Below, piece by piece: positions 55,581-63,673 of a stretch of DNA of 64,000 nt (the first letter of the stretch is position 1; the number at the start of each line of letters is the position of its first letter). The notes below the pieces were generated by a model. The model was not told the DNA's origin. It saw only the letters and a list, made by a program, of their open reading frames with translations, and ran no database searches. This DNA comes from Verrucomicrobiota bacterium. GTDB lineage: Bacteria; Verrucomicrobiota; Verrucomicrobiia; Limisphaerales; UBA11358. The DNA lies in the NCBI GenBank assembly GCA_049510295.1, contig JBEKZC010000016.1, forward strand, positions 1,316 to 65,315, in the 5' to 3' direction. A program made the position numbers and the translations under genes.

Positions 55581-55876
55581 ATCCCGAATCGTCATTGAAA
55601 TTACAGACGCTGGAAAAATTTCCCGTCTTCTTGACCAAGGAGAAAGTGGCTGAAGCACTGGGCATTGCCACCCATAATATCCCGCCATTGGTCCGGGCGG
55701 GGCTGCTCAAGCCGCTTGGCCATCCGGGGCGTTATTGCGTGAAGCATTTTTCCCGCGATGCGCTCGCGGAGAAGTTTGCCAGCCCGGAATGGCTCGATAA
55801 AGTGGTGGCAGCCATCCACCGGCATTGGCGCAACAAGAACGCAAGGAAGCGGGCAAGGCAGGCCCAACCGGCATGA
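55577..55876 (+). CDS. Xis/AlpA-like HTH protein (paralog 2 of 3)
   Basis: 99 aa with 'EKVAEALGIATHNIPPLVRAGLLKPLGHPGRYCVKHF...WL..VV.AIHRHWRNKNARKR'. Confidence 0.6.
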   Translation: MNPESSLKLQTLEKFPVFLTKEKVAEALGIATHNIPPLVRAGLLKPLGHPGRYCVKHFSRDALAEKFASPEWLDKVVAAIHRHWRNKNARKRARQAQPA

Positions 55877-55959
55877 GGACGGGCGAGTCCGTTACGCAGC
55901 AGTGACCGGCGGCGCGGCGAGCTGGAGACTCGAAGCTCCGCGCTGCCGCTCGCCCGTCC
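55877..55959. terminator. long GC-rich hairpin between convergent genes
   Basis: Perfect 11-bp outer arms 'ggacgggcgag' and 'ctcgcccgtcc', with further inner pairing. Confidence 0.45.
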
Positions 55960-55988
55960 CCAAAGCCACACTTCAAAAAACATCTGGT

Positions 55989-56258
55989 TTAATCCATCTC
56001 GTCGTCCGGTGGGTCATATTCGTGGATGATTATCGCCGGTGGCGGTGGTGGCGTATGCGGCTGAATGATAATGCCGATGCCGGAGCTAACGTGCGGTTGA
56101 TTGGGGAATTTCCGGCGCAACCCGCCGTTGAACACCCAGGCCAGCACCAACACCGACAGCCAGACGAACGCGAGAAACAGATAAACTCCCCATTCTGCGA
56201 TGATCCAATCGAGAATATGGAACACGGGGTCGAGCACTATTGCAGGATTCAAGTTCAT
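55989..56258 (-). CDS. small membrane protein
   Basis: 89 aa with two hydrophobic helices and a Pro-rich tail. It lies immediately downstream of the integrase. Confidence 0.4.
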   Translation of the reverse strand: MNLNPAIVLDPVFHILDWIIAEWGVYLFLAFVWLSVLVLAWVFNGGLRRKFPNQPHVSSGIGIIIQPHTPPPPPAIIIHEYDPPDDEMD

Positions 56259-56272
56259 GTGATTTCCTCCGG

Positions 56273-57334
56273 TTATGCCTTGGCCATCACTGGCTCAAGG
56301 GTCTTGGACATTTCCGCGAACTTGTTGCGCATCCGCTCAAATTCGCTCAACGGCGGCAGTTCCACCTGCGCTCGCCGGGCATACGCGCGATGGATGGCTT
56401 TGCTGTTATGACCCAGCGCCTCCTGGGCGAACCGTTCGGGATAACCCGCCTTTTTGGCGCGTTCCGCCCACGCATACCGATACGAATGCAGGCTGACACC
56501 CTTGATGCTCAAGCCCATGCAGCGTTGATGAAACTCCGTCGCCCGGTCGCCGGAACGAATAGAGCGCAAATATGGAAACAGCGGTCCGCTCCCCGGCAAA
56601 TCCCGCAGAATCTCCGCCACTTCATCGTCGAAGCGCATGATGGCAATGGAGCCGGTCTTTTTGCGCGCGAAACTGATGACGTTATGTTCCCAATCAATGT
56701 TTTCAGCTTCGAGGCTGGCGAGATCGGACTGCGACGCGCCCAGATGCCACGCCAGTTTATAGAACGCTTTGCGTTCGGGATTCAGTTCGCGGGCGACGAT
56801 GGCCTGATGTTCCTCCCAGGTGATGGCGCGCTTGTCCTTGAACTCAACTTTCGGCCATTGCCGTTTCACAATGACCGGCCATGGCAGCCATGTCATGTCC
56901 AAGGCGAAGTTGTGGATGCGCCGCAAATAGACATTGGTCGAAACTTTTCCGGTTTCGAGCACGCGCAAAAAGTTTTCCGGCCGCGTTTCCAAAACCGGCA
57001 GGTGCCGAATCAAGTCAAACGCCTTGTCCTTGATGGCGGTCTGCCAGCGGTGTTGCGTCTCGCCTTTTTTGAGTTTGACCATTTCCTCCATGACGAACTG
57101 CCAGTTGCGGGTGGCAATCTGCGGGTCGCTGGCGGCGAGATAGGCGCGGGCGATTTGCAGGTTCACAGCGGGCTGCTGCTGCGCTTCGCCGCGCGAATGG
57201 AACAACCGCAGCGCCGTGGCGCGGTCGGTGGTGTGCAAGCTGTCCTGCTTGCCGGTCACGTCATCGTGAATGTAGTAGCGTCCGCCTTTTTTGCGGCGGT
57301 AGAGCCGGTATCGTTGTCTCATAACTGTATTCAC
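56273..57334 (-). CDS. tyrosine recombinase / integrase (paralog of 7346..8422)
   Basis: 353 aa with 'HSYRYAWAERAKKAGYPERFAQEALGHNSKAIHRAYARRA'. Confidence 0.9.
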   Translation of the reverse strand: MNTVMRQRYRLYRRKKGGRYYIHDDVTGKQDSLHTTDRATALRLFHSRGEAQQQPAVNLQIARAYLAASDPQIATRNWQFVMEEMVKLKKGETQHRWQTAIKDKAFDLIRHLPVLETRPENFLRVLETGKVSTNVYLRRIHNFALDMTWLPWPVIVKRQWPKVEFKDKRAITWEEHQAIVARELNPERKAFYKLAWHLGASQSDLASLEAENIDWEHNVISFARKKTGSIAIMRFDDEVAEILRDLPGSGPLFPYLRSIRSGDRATEFHQRCMGLSIKGVSLHSYRYAWAERAKKAGYPERFAQEALGHNSKAIHRAYARRAQVELPPLSEFERMRNKFAEMSKTLEPVMAKA

Positions 57335-57416
57335 AGCGATGAGTTTACGACGATTGATCTCGACTCCGGCAGGGAGCAGGTGGGAGTTACGCAGGGCAGG
57401 CCAGGGTTAAATCCTG

Positions 57417-57435
57417 CTGGCACTTCCGCTGGCAC
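57417..57435 (+). repeat. CTGGCAC direct repeats (2 copies, 12-bp phasing)
   Basis: 'ctggcacttccgctggcac'. Confidence 0.5.
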
Positions 57436-57475
57436 TCGTCTGTGGAAGTTGACCAAACCCTACAGTTCCAACTGG

Positions 57476-57506
57476 TTAGGTTTGGAGGCGAGGGTCGGAA
57501 TCGGCC
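57476..57506 (-). repeat. putative att core resembling a tRNA 3' end (copy 2)
   Basis: 57482..57503 is identical to 8636..8657, and 28 of 31 nt match over the extended region. Confidence 0.55.
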
Positions 57507-57597
57507 ATTTATCCCCGCGTTTGCAATCCAAATATAGCTGATTTCATTGGCTATTCAAGCTAATTCGGCTTAATCCAACCATACCTTTTCTAACTCG

Positions 57598-57630
57598 TTT
57601 GGTGTCCGTTTTGGTGTCCGTTGGTGTCCG
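57598..57630 (+). repeat. three tandem 'TTGGTGTCCG' repeats
   Basis: 'tttggtgtccg ttttggtgtccg ttggtgtccg', between the att-like core and the third Xis-like gene. Confidence 0.6.
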
Positions 57631-57644
57631 CGAAATGAGAACAT

Positions 57645-57989
57645 TCATGCGCGTTGCATCGCGGATTTGCCGGAATGGTCTGATTCGCCCGGCGAAAAAA
57701 ACTGTCCCGTGTTTTCCGATTTACGGGCGTTCTTGAATTTCCAATGTTCACTTACCGAGTCAGTGACACGAGCCAGCCATTTTATGTCGTGCTTCAGTTC
57801 CTGAAGGGTGTCGTAAGCAAAAAACTTCGTGGCATTATCCGCCGGATGTCCTAACGGTTTGAGCAACCCGTTGGAAACCAAAATCGGAATGTCGTGCGTG
57901 GCGCATCGCAAAATCCACGCCGCTTCCTCCACGGTCACGCGCGCTGGCTTCTCCCTCAAATTCAGAAATTTTTCGCGTTCCTGATCCAT
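57645..57989 (-). CDS. Xis/AlpA-like HTH protein (paralog 3 of 3)
   Basis: 114 aa with 'VTVEEAAWILRCATHDIPILVSNGLLKPLGHPADNATKFF...WLARVTDSVSEHWKFKNARK'. Confidence 0.6.
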   Translation of the reverse strand: MDQEREKFLNLREKPARVTVEEAAWILRCATHDIPILVSNGLLKPLGHPADNATKFFAYDTLQELKHDIKWLARVTDSVSEHWKFKNARKSENTGQFFSPGESDHSGKSAMQRA

Positions 57990-57992
57990 ACC

Positions 57993-58601
57993 TCAAATGC
58001 CGATGCCGCGCGACTGGCGCACAGACTGCATATGTGCCTGTTTAATTACTTCCGTGCCTTCGGCAACGCTGTCGCATCGCTCTGAAAGGGCGCGAATCAC
58101 CTTGCCCGGATGGTCGTCGGGAAATTGTTCCCAAACAATTTTCTGCGCTTTGACTTCCGCGTTACGCGCCATGAACCGCAGCGTGTGCCGCATTTGCCCC
58201 ATGTATTCGGTCGCCACCTCGCGGGGGCCATTTCCTTTCAGCAAAATCTCGGTGTCGCCCTGGGCTTGCGTGTAGGGGGAAGTCTCCAGCCGCTGAATCA
58301 CCGCCCATTCGTCGCCGTCCGCCTTGCGGCAAAGCAAAATTTCAGTTCTGAAAAGTTTAAGCAGCAGTGCGTGCGCGTTCCATTTGCCTTCCGGCGTGGT
58401 GAGGGTGGCAAAAGTCTTTGGCACGGGCCGTTCCCATTGGACGTGTTCCAACCGGCTCAACGCCTCGCGCACTGGTCTCATGGTTGCAAGATCACCTTCA
58501 ATCGCCTGGAAAGCGGCGTTGTAGGCGGTCAGTTGTTCGTCCGTCAGTCGCGCCTCGCTGCCCGGCACTTCGTGTAGTGGATTTCCTTCGTGTTTCTCCA
58601 T
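57993..58601 (-). CDS. hypothetical protein
   Basis: 202 aa, tightly packed between two HTH genes. I recognise no family. Confidence 0.5.
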   Translation of the reverse strand: MEKHEGNPLHEVPGSEARLTDEQLTAYNAAFQAIEGDLATMRPVREALSRLEHVQWERPVPKTFATLTTPEGKWNAHALLLKLFRTEILLCRKADGDEWAVIQRLETSPYTQAQGDTEILLKGNGPREVATEYMGQMRHTLRFMARNAEVKAQKIVWEQFPDDHPGKVIRALSERCDSVAEGTEVIKQAHMQSVRQSRGIGI

Positions 58602-58605
58602 GCCG

Positions 58606-58818
58606 TTAATCCTTTTTCAAAAGCCGGTTCAATTCCTCGTTGGCAATGACAAATTCGCCCGAAGGGGAAAGCCCGGCCTGGACACGCTCGCGTTGAATGA
58701 GCGTGCAAAGCGTATAGGTGTCGAGGCCAAGCCTGCGGGCGGCTCTCGGAATTGAAATTGAATCCGCCTCGCTCAACCTGCCGGTCAAAATAGCACTTGG
58801 CTCGCTGTCCATAATCAA
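58606..58818 (-). CDS. small HTH (excisionase/MerR-like) protein
   Basis: 70 aa with 'ISIPRAARRLGLDTYTLCTLIQRERV'. Confidence 0.45.
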   Translation of the reverse strand: MIMDSEPSAILTGRLSEADSISIPRAARRLGLDTYTLCTLIQRERVQAGLSPSGEFVIANEELNRLLKKD

Positions 58819-58901
58819 ATCAAATAGCCCAAAAATTTCATTTGTCCAGTGACAAAAAGCAGCGTCACTTCCCCGCGCGCTGTTCCTAAAAGCAAGGGCT
58901 T

Positions 58902-58975
58902 GGCGGCGGCGAAAAAGTCAAGGTGGAGCGCAGAGGGCACAGGGCGAGCAATACCTTGAGTTTTTCGCCGCTGCC
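58902..58975. other. 23-bp imperfect stem-loop (21/23 paired, 28-nt loop)
   Basis: 'ggcggcggcgaaaaagtcaaggt' pairs with 'accttgagtttttcgccgctgcc'. Confidence 0.5.
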
Positions 58976-59074
58976 GTATAATTGCCCGCAGCGACAGCGC
59001 GCGACTCGATTTTTTTTGGACAAGATAAAATTCGCCGTATTGACGTTTTTACGTAGTGCCGCTTTTCGTCCCGG

Positions 59075-59725
59075 CTACTTCCTTGACCGCCAGCACGCCG
59101 CAAGACAGGCGAGACCGGCGAGAGCCAGAGTGCTAGGTTCCGGCACCGCCGTTACAGGTGTGGCAGTGATGGCAAAGACCGGGCTGCCGTTAAATACATA
59201 CGAGGAATCAAAAGGAAATGTTGCGCCGCCATAGCTCCAGCCATCGGTTGAAGTTGGCAAAGTATCTGTGGAACTTATATTCAACGGATTTCCCCCAAAC
59301 CAAAAAAAGACTATTTCATAAGTCGTGTTGGCGGCTAAAAATGAGGTGTGAGCATCAACTGAATCAGGCGTAAACACATCATACCCCCCCGTTGCTGACA
59401 CAACATGATTTGCTGAATCCCCGCTAAAGGCATTAAGGATGTCCCCATAGGTTAAGTCAAGATTTGCATATGTTTGCACGCCTGCGGCATTTGGGTTGGC
59501 TGCGAGCAGCAGCGCGAAGCTATTGAAGGTATAACCCCCTGCGTTGTTGCCTGTGGTGAAGAATAGATTCATTTGCTCGTCTCCTACCGCCTGGGAACTG
59601 ATGCTGACAGCGTTAGTATTGGAGAAATTGACCACGCCTTGCGCGGACGCCAGTTGCGAGGTCAGCGCGCTGCCTAGGACGACAATAAGCGTGAAAATTG
59701 ATTTTAGTTTCATTTGTGTGCTCAT
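59075..59725 (-). CDS. PEP-CTERM sorting-domain secreted protein
   Basis: It has a signal peptide and the C-terminal 'VPEPSTLALAGLACLAACWRSRK'. Confidence 0.8.
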   Translation of the reverse strand: MSTQMKLKSIFTLIVVLGSALTSQLASAQGVVNFSNTNAVSISSQAVGDEQMNLFFTTGNNAGGYTFNSFALLLAANPNAAGVQTYANLDLTYGDILNAFSGDSANHVVSATGGYDVFTPDSVDAHTSFLAANTTYEIVFFWFGGNPLNISSTDTLPTSTDGWSYGGATFPFDSSYVFNGSPVFAITATPVTAVPEPSTLALAGLACLAACWRSRK

Positions 59726-59781
59726 GTTTCAATCATTAAGCATTGAATTGAAACAATCGTTTTGTAAAACTGAATAATTTG

Positions 59782-60573
59782 TCAATCATGTAGTCGAAAC
59801 GTCTGTCGGATTTTCTCAAAATTCCCGGCATAAGTTTTGTAATCACCAAGCGTTGCGTATTCCTCAATGAGACAAACGTTGTCAGCTTTCTCAAACCCAA
59901 ATATTGTGAGGCGAGCATTAACCATTCCCTGTATCTTCCCTTCTAATTCAAAACCTTCGCCATCAAAATCGGACCATTTTTTAATTTCAGTTGTTTTTAT
60001 ATCGGCAAACTTCTTGCTTTGAATGTCCTTTTGATTTTTGACCAATGCAGCAACCGAAGCCCCGGCCGATTTCTGACGGATGATAACGGTAAAAAGAGTG
60101 GATTTGGGGCCATCAAAAAAGACAAAGGAGTCGGGATCGTATGTATCATCCTTCTTATCTTCGGTCCAGTTGCCCGGCAATGACACGGAAAATGTCTTGC
60201 GATTTATTTCAGTGGCAGGCCGGTCTGTTTCACTCAAAGCTCGTGGCAACATTTGAAGCATTATCAGCAAGCAAACGAGAAGTTGCAGAAATGCCCATGT
60301 AATCGCAATCATAAGTGCCCACCGTCTTGCGGGTCGCGGTGATGTTGCTCGGCGCGACCAGACAACGCATGATGTGACGATAAGAGCTATCAAACCAAAG
60401 AACGCGCCAATAAGTCCGATGCCAACGATTTCACGGGACCCTGTTTTGTTGGCCAACGTGAGAAGAACCCGAACGACCACAGTGAAGATGAACACGGCAG
60501 CAAGGCATTTGAGTCCGGGATCAAAGCCTGATGGCTTCCGCGGTGTATGCTCGACAATTGGCGGCGTGTTCAT
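59782..60573 (-). CDS. membrane protein with a soluble C-terminal domain
   Basis: 263 aa with three or four hydrophobic helices followed by a roughly 140-aa domain. The DNA is low in GC. Confidence 0.5.
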   Translation of the reverse strand: MNTPPIVEHTPRKPSGFDPGLKCLAAVFIFTVVVRVLLTLANKTGSREIVGIGLIGAFFGLIALIVTSCVVWSRRATSPRPARRWALMIAITWAFLQLLVCLLIMLQMLPRALSETDRPATEINRKTFSVSLPGNWTEDKKDDTYDPDSFVFFDGPKSTLFTVIIRQKSAGASVAALVKNQKDIQSKKFADIKTTEIKKWSDFDGEGFELEGKIQGMVNARLTIFGFEKADNVCLIEEYATLGDYKTYAGNFEKIRQTFRLHD

Positions 60574-60614
60574 AAGAGTTGCCCCAAAAGCGTATCAGGC
60601 AGCTCTCTTTGTTG

Positions 60615-61058
60615 TCAAACAACCGAACATGGAACAGAAACGATTGTTTCTGTTCCATGCAGTTTGACAGAAATTTCGTTTGCTTTAATTTTGGCGTTTG
60701 CAGATTCAAGCCATCCTTTGGCATCTTCAGATGATTTGTCTGCAAACCATTTGGTATTCCATTCGTATGCCTCCTTTAATTTATCCATCGAAGGAATGCT
60801 TATTCTCACCAAATCATCGCAATCGTCCAATGGTGTATTGTAATCCATTAAAAAAGTTTTAGCTTCTATTGCTCGCTTTGTTTCAACGTCTTGGTATGTA
60901 ATGTGAAGCTCCCCTTGGCAATCTGTGGGGCCAAATCGGAATCCGTAACGATATTGCCCTTGTAAGAAGAATGACAAATCAATGTAAATGTCTGCTAGAC
61001 GGAAGGGTTTTCCCATTTCGTCTACAAGTTGAATAATCAATGTCTGTGTTGGTTTCAT
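60615..61058 (-). CDS. hypothetical protein
   Basis: 147 aa, low GC. I recognise no family. Confidence 0.45.
   Translation of the reverse strand: MKPTQTLIIQLVDEMGKPFRLADIYIDLSFFLQGQYRYGFRFGPTDCQGELHITYQDVETKRAIEAKTFLMDYNTPLDDCDDLVRISIPSMDKLKEAYEWNTKWFADKSSEDAKGWLESANAKIKANEISVKLHGTETIVSVPCSVV
60628..60659. terminator. perfect 14-bp stem, 4-nt loop hairpin
   Basis: 'catggaacagaaac-gatt-gtttctgttccatg', overlapping the last codons of 60615..61058. Confidence 0.5.
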
Positions 61059-61072
61059 TTAATCAGCGGCTT

Positions 61073-61501
61073 TCAACCACAGGCACTTGCCCGTGAAATT
61101 GATTTAAGCCCATCGAAAACCCACGCGCCATGCTTTGCCAATTCATCTGGCCGACCAGAAATCGTAATTAGAACCGCCAAGTCTGGCCAAACTGCATAGC
61201 AATATATCCAACGATATTTTTTATCATCAATCCCTGACATCGCAGCACAATCAGGACACGAGGGTATTGAGATGCTCTCAATTTTCAGATCGGAGAAGTT
61301 CTCTTTGACAAGGCGAGATTTGAGTCTATCGTTTGCGGATACTTGTTTGCCTTCAACACGAGCGTTGCTGGAAAGTTGGAGCAACACCTCGTGCCCTTGT
61401 AGCCAATAGCTCATTACGCGATCATCCTTGTCTTCACAGACATTATCTGGGAGCATTAGGGTGTAACTTCCGGTCGGATTTACAGTTTTTAAGGAGTTCA
61501 T
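61073..61501 (-). CDS. hypothetical protein
   Basis: 142 aa, low GC. I recognise no family. Confidence 0.45.
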   Translation of the reverse strand: MNSLKTVNPTGSYTLMLPDNVCEDKDDRVMSYWLQGHEVLLQLSSNARVEGKQVSANDRLKSRLVKENFSDLKIESISIPSCPDCAAMSGIDDKKYRWIYCYAVWPDLAVLITISGRPDELAKHGAWVFDGLKSISRASACG

Positions 61502-61734
61502 TGGCTATTGATTCGGTTTATTATATTTAACCGAGCTTTGCTTCGCCGGAGAAGCGTTCGTAGGTGAGAAGCTGCGCCAGCGTTAATTTTCATGGCACGT
61601 CCGGTGCTTGGGTTGGCGTGTAAGGTTCAATTCAGGATTATACCTCTGTGGTGTAAGCGTCACGCGGAGCACCCCCTTGACAGAGCAACTACAGCGACAG
61701 GTTCGTAGATGTCAGATATATTATGCTACGACGT

Positions 61735-63267
61735 TTATGATGCGGCTTGCCGGTGTGCCGGCTGCCCCGCTTTGCTCCAAGCTTGGGGTGTGACTTCGGG
61801 GATTTGCCAGTTGGTCATGTTGGGCAGGCGGGTGAGCACTTCACGCAGGTAAGCGTAAGGATCGAGGCCGCGGCGGCGGCAACTTTCAATGAGGGTGTAA
61901 ATGATCGCGCTGCGTTCCCCGGCTTGGGCCTCGCCCACGAACAGCCAGTTCTTCTTGCCGATGGCGGTGGGGCGAATGGCATTTTCCACCAGGTTGTTGT
62001 CAATCTCCACCCGGCCGTCATCGAGATAAACGGTCAACGTGGACCACTGACCCAGGGCGTAATCCATCGCTTGGCCCAACAGACTTTGCGGCAGGTATCG
62101 TCCGCTGGCTTTGAGCCGAATCAGGGCGCGTTCGATCCGCTCGACGAGGGGACGGCTTTGACTGGTGCGTACGGCATGGCGCAACCGGGGACCGGCGCGG
62201 CGTTCGCGCAAGCTCGCTTCGACGCGGTAGAGGTGCTGGATTTGCCGCACCAGCCAACCGGCGGTGCGCGGTGATTGTTCCAGAGCTTCGTAAAACTTCC
62301 GGCGCACATGCGCCCAGCAGCCGGCCAGTTCAATCGCACCGCTACGACTGTTGGCAAACGCCCGATAGGCTGCGTAGCCATCGCATTGCAGCGTGCCTTG
62401 GAAGTTTACCGGAACGATATTCTCCAGACACGCGGCGGCGCGGCTGGTTTCCCAGCGGTAAAATACATCACCACCCGGGCGGCTGCCCGTCCAGAGATAA
62501 CCCTGCCGCGCTCGACCGTGGCCGGGTTCCAAATAATTGACCGGAGTTTCATCCAACTGCACATAGCCGCCGGCCATGACGCCAGTGCGGATGTGTTCGT
62601 AAATGGGCTGTAACCATTCAGCCGCCAGCGCCACCCACCGCGCCAACGTTTGCCGGGGCAGGTGAACTCCGTAGCGGCGAATAAAAATTTGTTCCTGCCG
62701 GTACAGCGGCAGATGGTCGCAGTATTTGCCCACCAAAATGTGCGCCAGCAATCCCGGAGCGGGCAGGCTCCGATCCAGCAACCGTTCGGGCAGAGGTGCA
62801 ATCATCGGAGCCAGGTCCGTGTCAATCCGGTGAACGTATTTGCGACGGATGACGCGGCGACGAAGAAAGCGCGCCGGTTCAAAGTCCAGTTGTTCGCTCA
62901 CTTCCTGCCCGATGCAACGCCAGCTTTGTGGCGCGGCCTTCACGGGTTCGGGATCAATCACCTCTTCGACCAAGGGCAGTTTGTCCGGCAAACGGGGCGC
63001 ACGCTCCTTCCGCGAACGACTAACAGAGGCTTTGGGTTTTTCGAGGGCGGTGACACCGGTGTCGGTGTCTGTAAGAACTGGCAGTTGCAGAAGCAACTCC
63101 AGTTGCGCGCGATCCAGCCGCTCGCTGCTCGACCCAAACACCCGCCGGATGAGCGAGTCTATCTTTTGTCGCAGCAGTTCATTCTCGCGACGGCTCTGCG
63201 CCAATGCCTCCTGGCATTCTCCCAACTGGCTCACGAGTTCTTTTTCGCGCGGCGTCATCGATTGCAC
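61735..63267 (-). CDS. IS66-family transposase (TnpC)
   Basis: 510 aa with an N-terminal leucine-zipper-like region, 'YCDHLPLYRQ', 'VQLDETP' and 'CWAHVRRKF'. Confidence 0.9.
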   Translation of the reverse strand: MQSMTPREKELVSQLGECQEALAQSRRENELLRQKIDSLIRRVFGSSSERLDRAQLELLLQLPVLTDTDTGVTALEKPKASVSRSRKERAPRLPDKLPLVEEVIDPEPVKAAPQSWRCIGQEVSEQLDFEPARFLRRRVIRRKYVHRIDTDLAPMIAPLPERLLDRSLPAPGLLAHILVGKYCDHLPLYRQEQIFIRRYGVHLPRQTLARWVALAAEWLQPIYEHIRTGVMAGGYVQLDETPVNYLEPGHGRARQGYLWTGSRPGGDVFYRWETSRAAACLENIVPVNFQGTLQCDGYAAYRAFANSRSGAIELAGCWAHVRRKFYEALEQSPRTAGWLVRQIQHLYRVEASLRERRAGPRLRHAVRTSQSRPLVERIERALIRLKASGRYLPQSLLGQAMDYALGQWSTLTVYLDDGRVEIDNNLVENAIRPTAIGKKNWLFVGEAQAGERSAIIYTLIESCRRRGLDPYAYLREVLTRLPNMTNWQIPEVTPQAWSKAGQPAHRQAAS

Positions 63268-63316
63268 TCTATACGCGCCACAACCTGACAGATTTCAAAC
63301 TTTCTGAAATTTCTTT

Positions 63317-63673
63317 TCAGTCTTCCCGCTCATACCACGGACGCAATTTCGCCCCGCGCAAATCCACCCCGTCGGTCAGCATCGCCAGCGCCTGCGGCGT
63401 CAGCTTCAACTTGACCCTTCCCGGTTCCAGGTGCTGGGGCCAGGAAAACGTTCCCCGCTCCAAACGCTTCGTCAACACCCACAACCCCGTCCCGTCCCAG
63501 CACAAAATCTTGATCCGCGTGTGCCGCCGGTTGCTGAAGACGAACAGCGTGCCTCCGCGCGGGTCTTCCCCCAGCCGTTCGCTCACCAGCGCGTGCAGCC
63601 CGTTGAACCCTTTGCGCATATCGCAGGCTTCCACGGCCACCAACACCTTCAGGCTGCCCGAAAAACTCAACAT
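63317..63673 (-). CDS. IS66 Orf2 (TnpB)
   Basis: 118 aa with 'VAVEACDMRKGFNGLHALV...LFVFSNRRHTRIKILCWDGTGLWVLTKRLERGTF.WP'. Confidence 0.9.
   Translation of the reverse strand: MLSFSGSLKVLVAVEACDMRKGFNGLHALVSERLGEDPRGGTLFVFSNRRHTRIKILCWDGTGLWVLTKRLERGTFSWPQHLEPGRVKLKLTPQALAMLTDGVDLRGAKLRPWYERED

Larger units (their letters stand above)
42532..57506. mobile_element. integrative mobilisable element (relaxase, integrase, Xis-like, Wadjet cargo); the left boundary is not determined
   Basis: Gene content. The right end is defined by the integrase and the att-like core at 57476..57506. No T4SS genes are present. Confidence 0.55.

Noticed and set aside
57544-57556. A 13-nt match 'ttcattggctatt' between 57544 and 61497 as possible boundaries of the 57.5-61.5 kb segment
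   Set aside because: Exact 13-mers are expected by chance tens of times among all position pairs in 64 kb, and the second copy simply spans a start codon.
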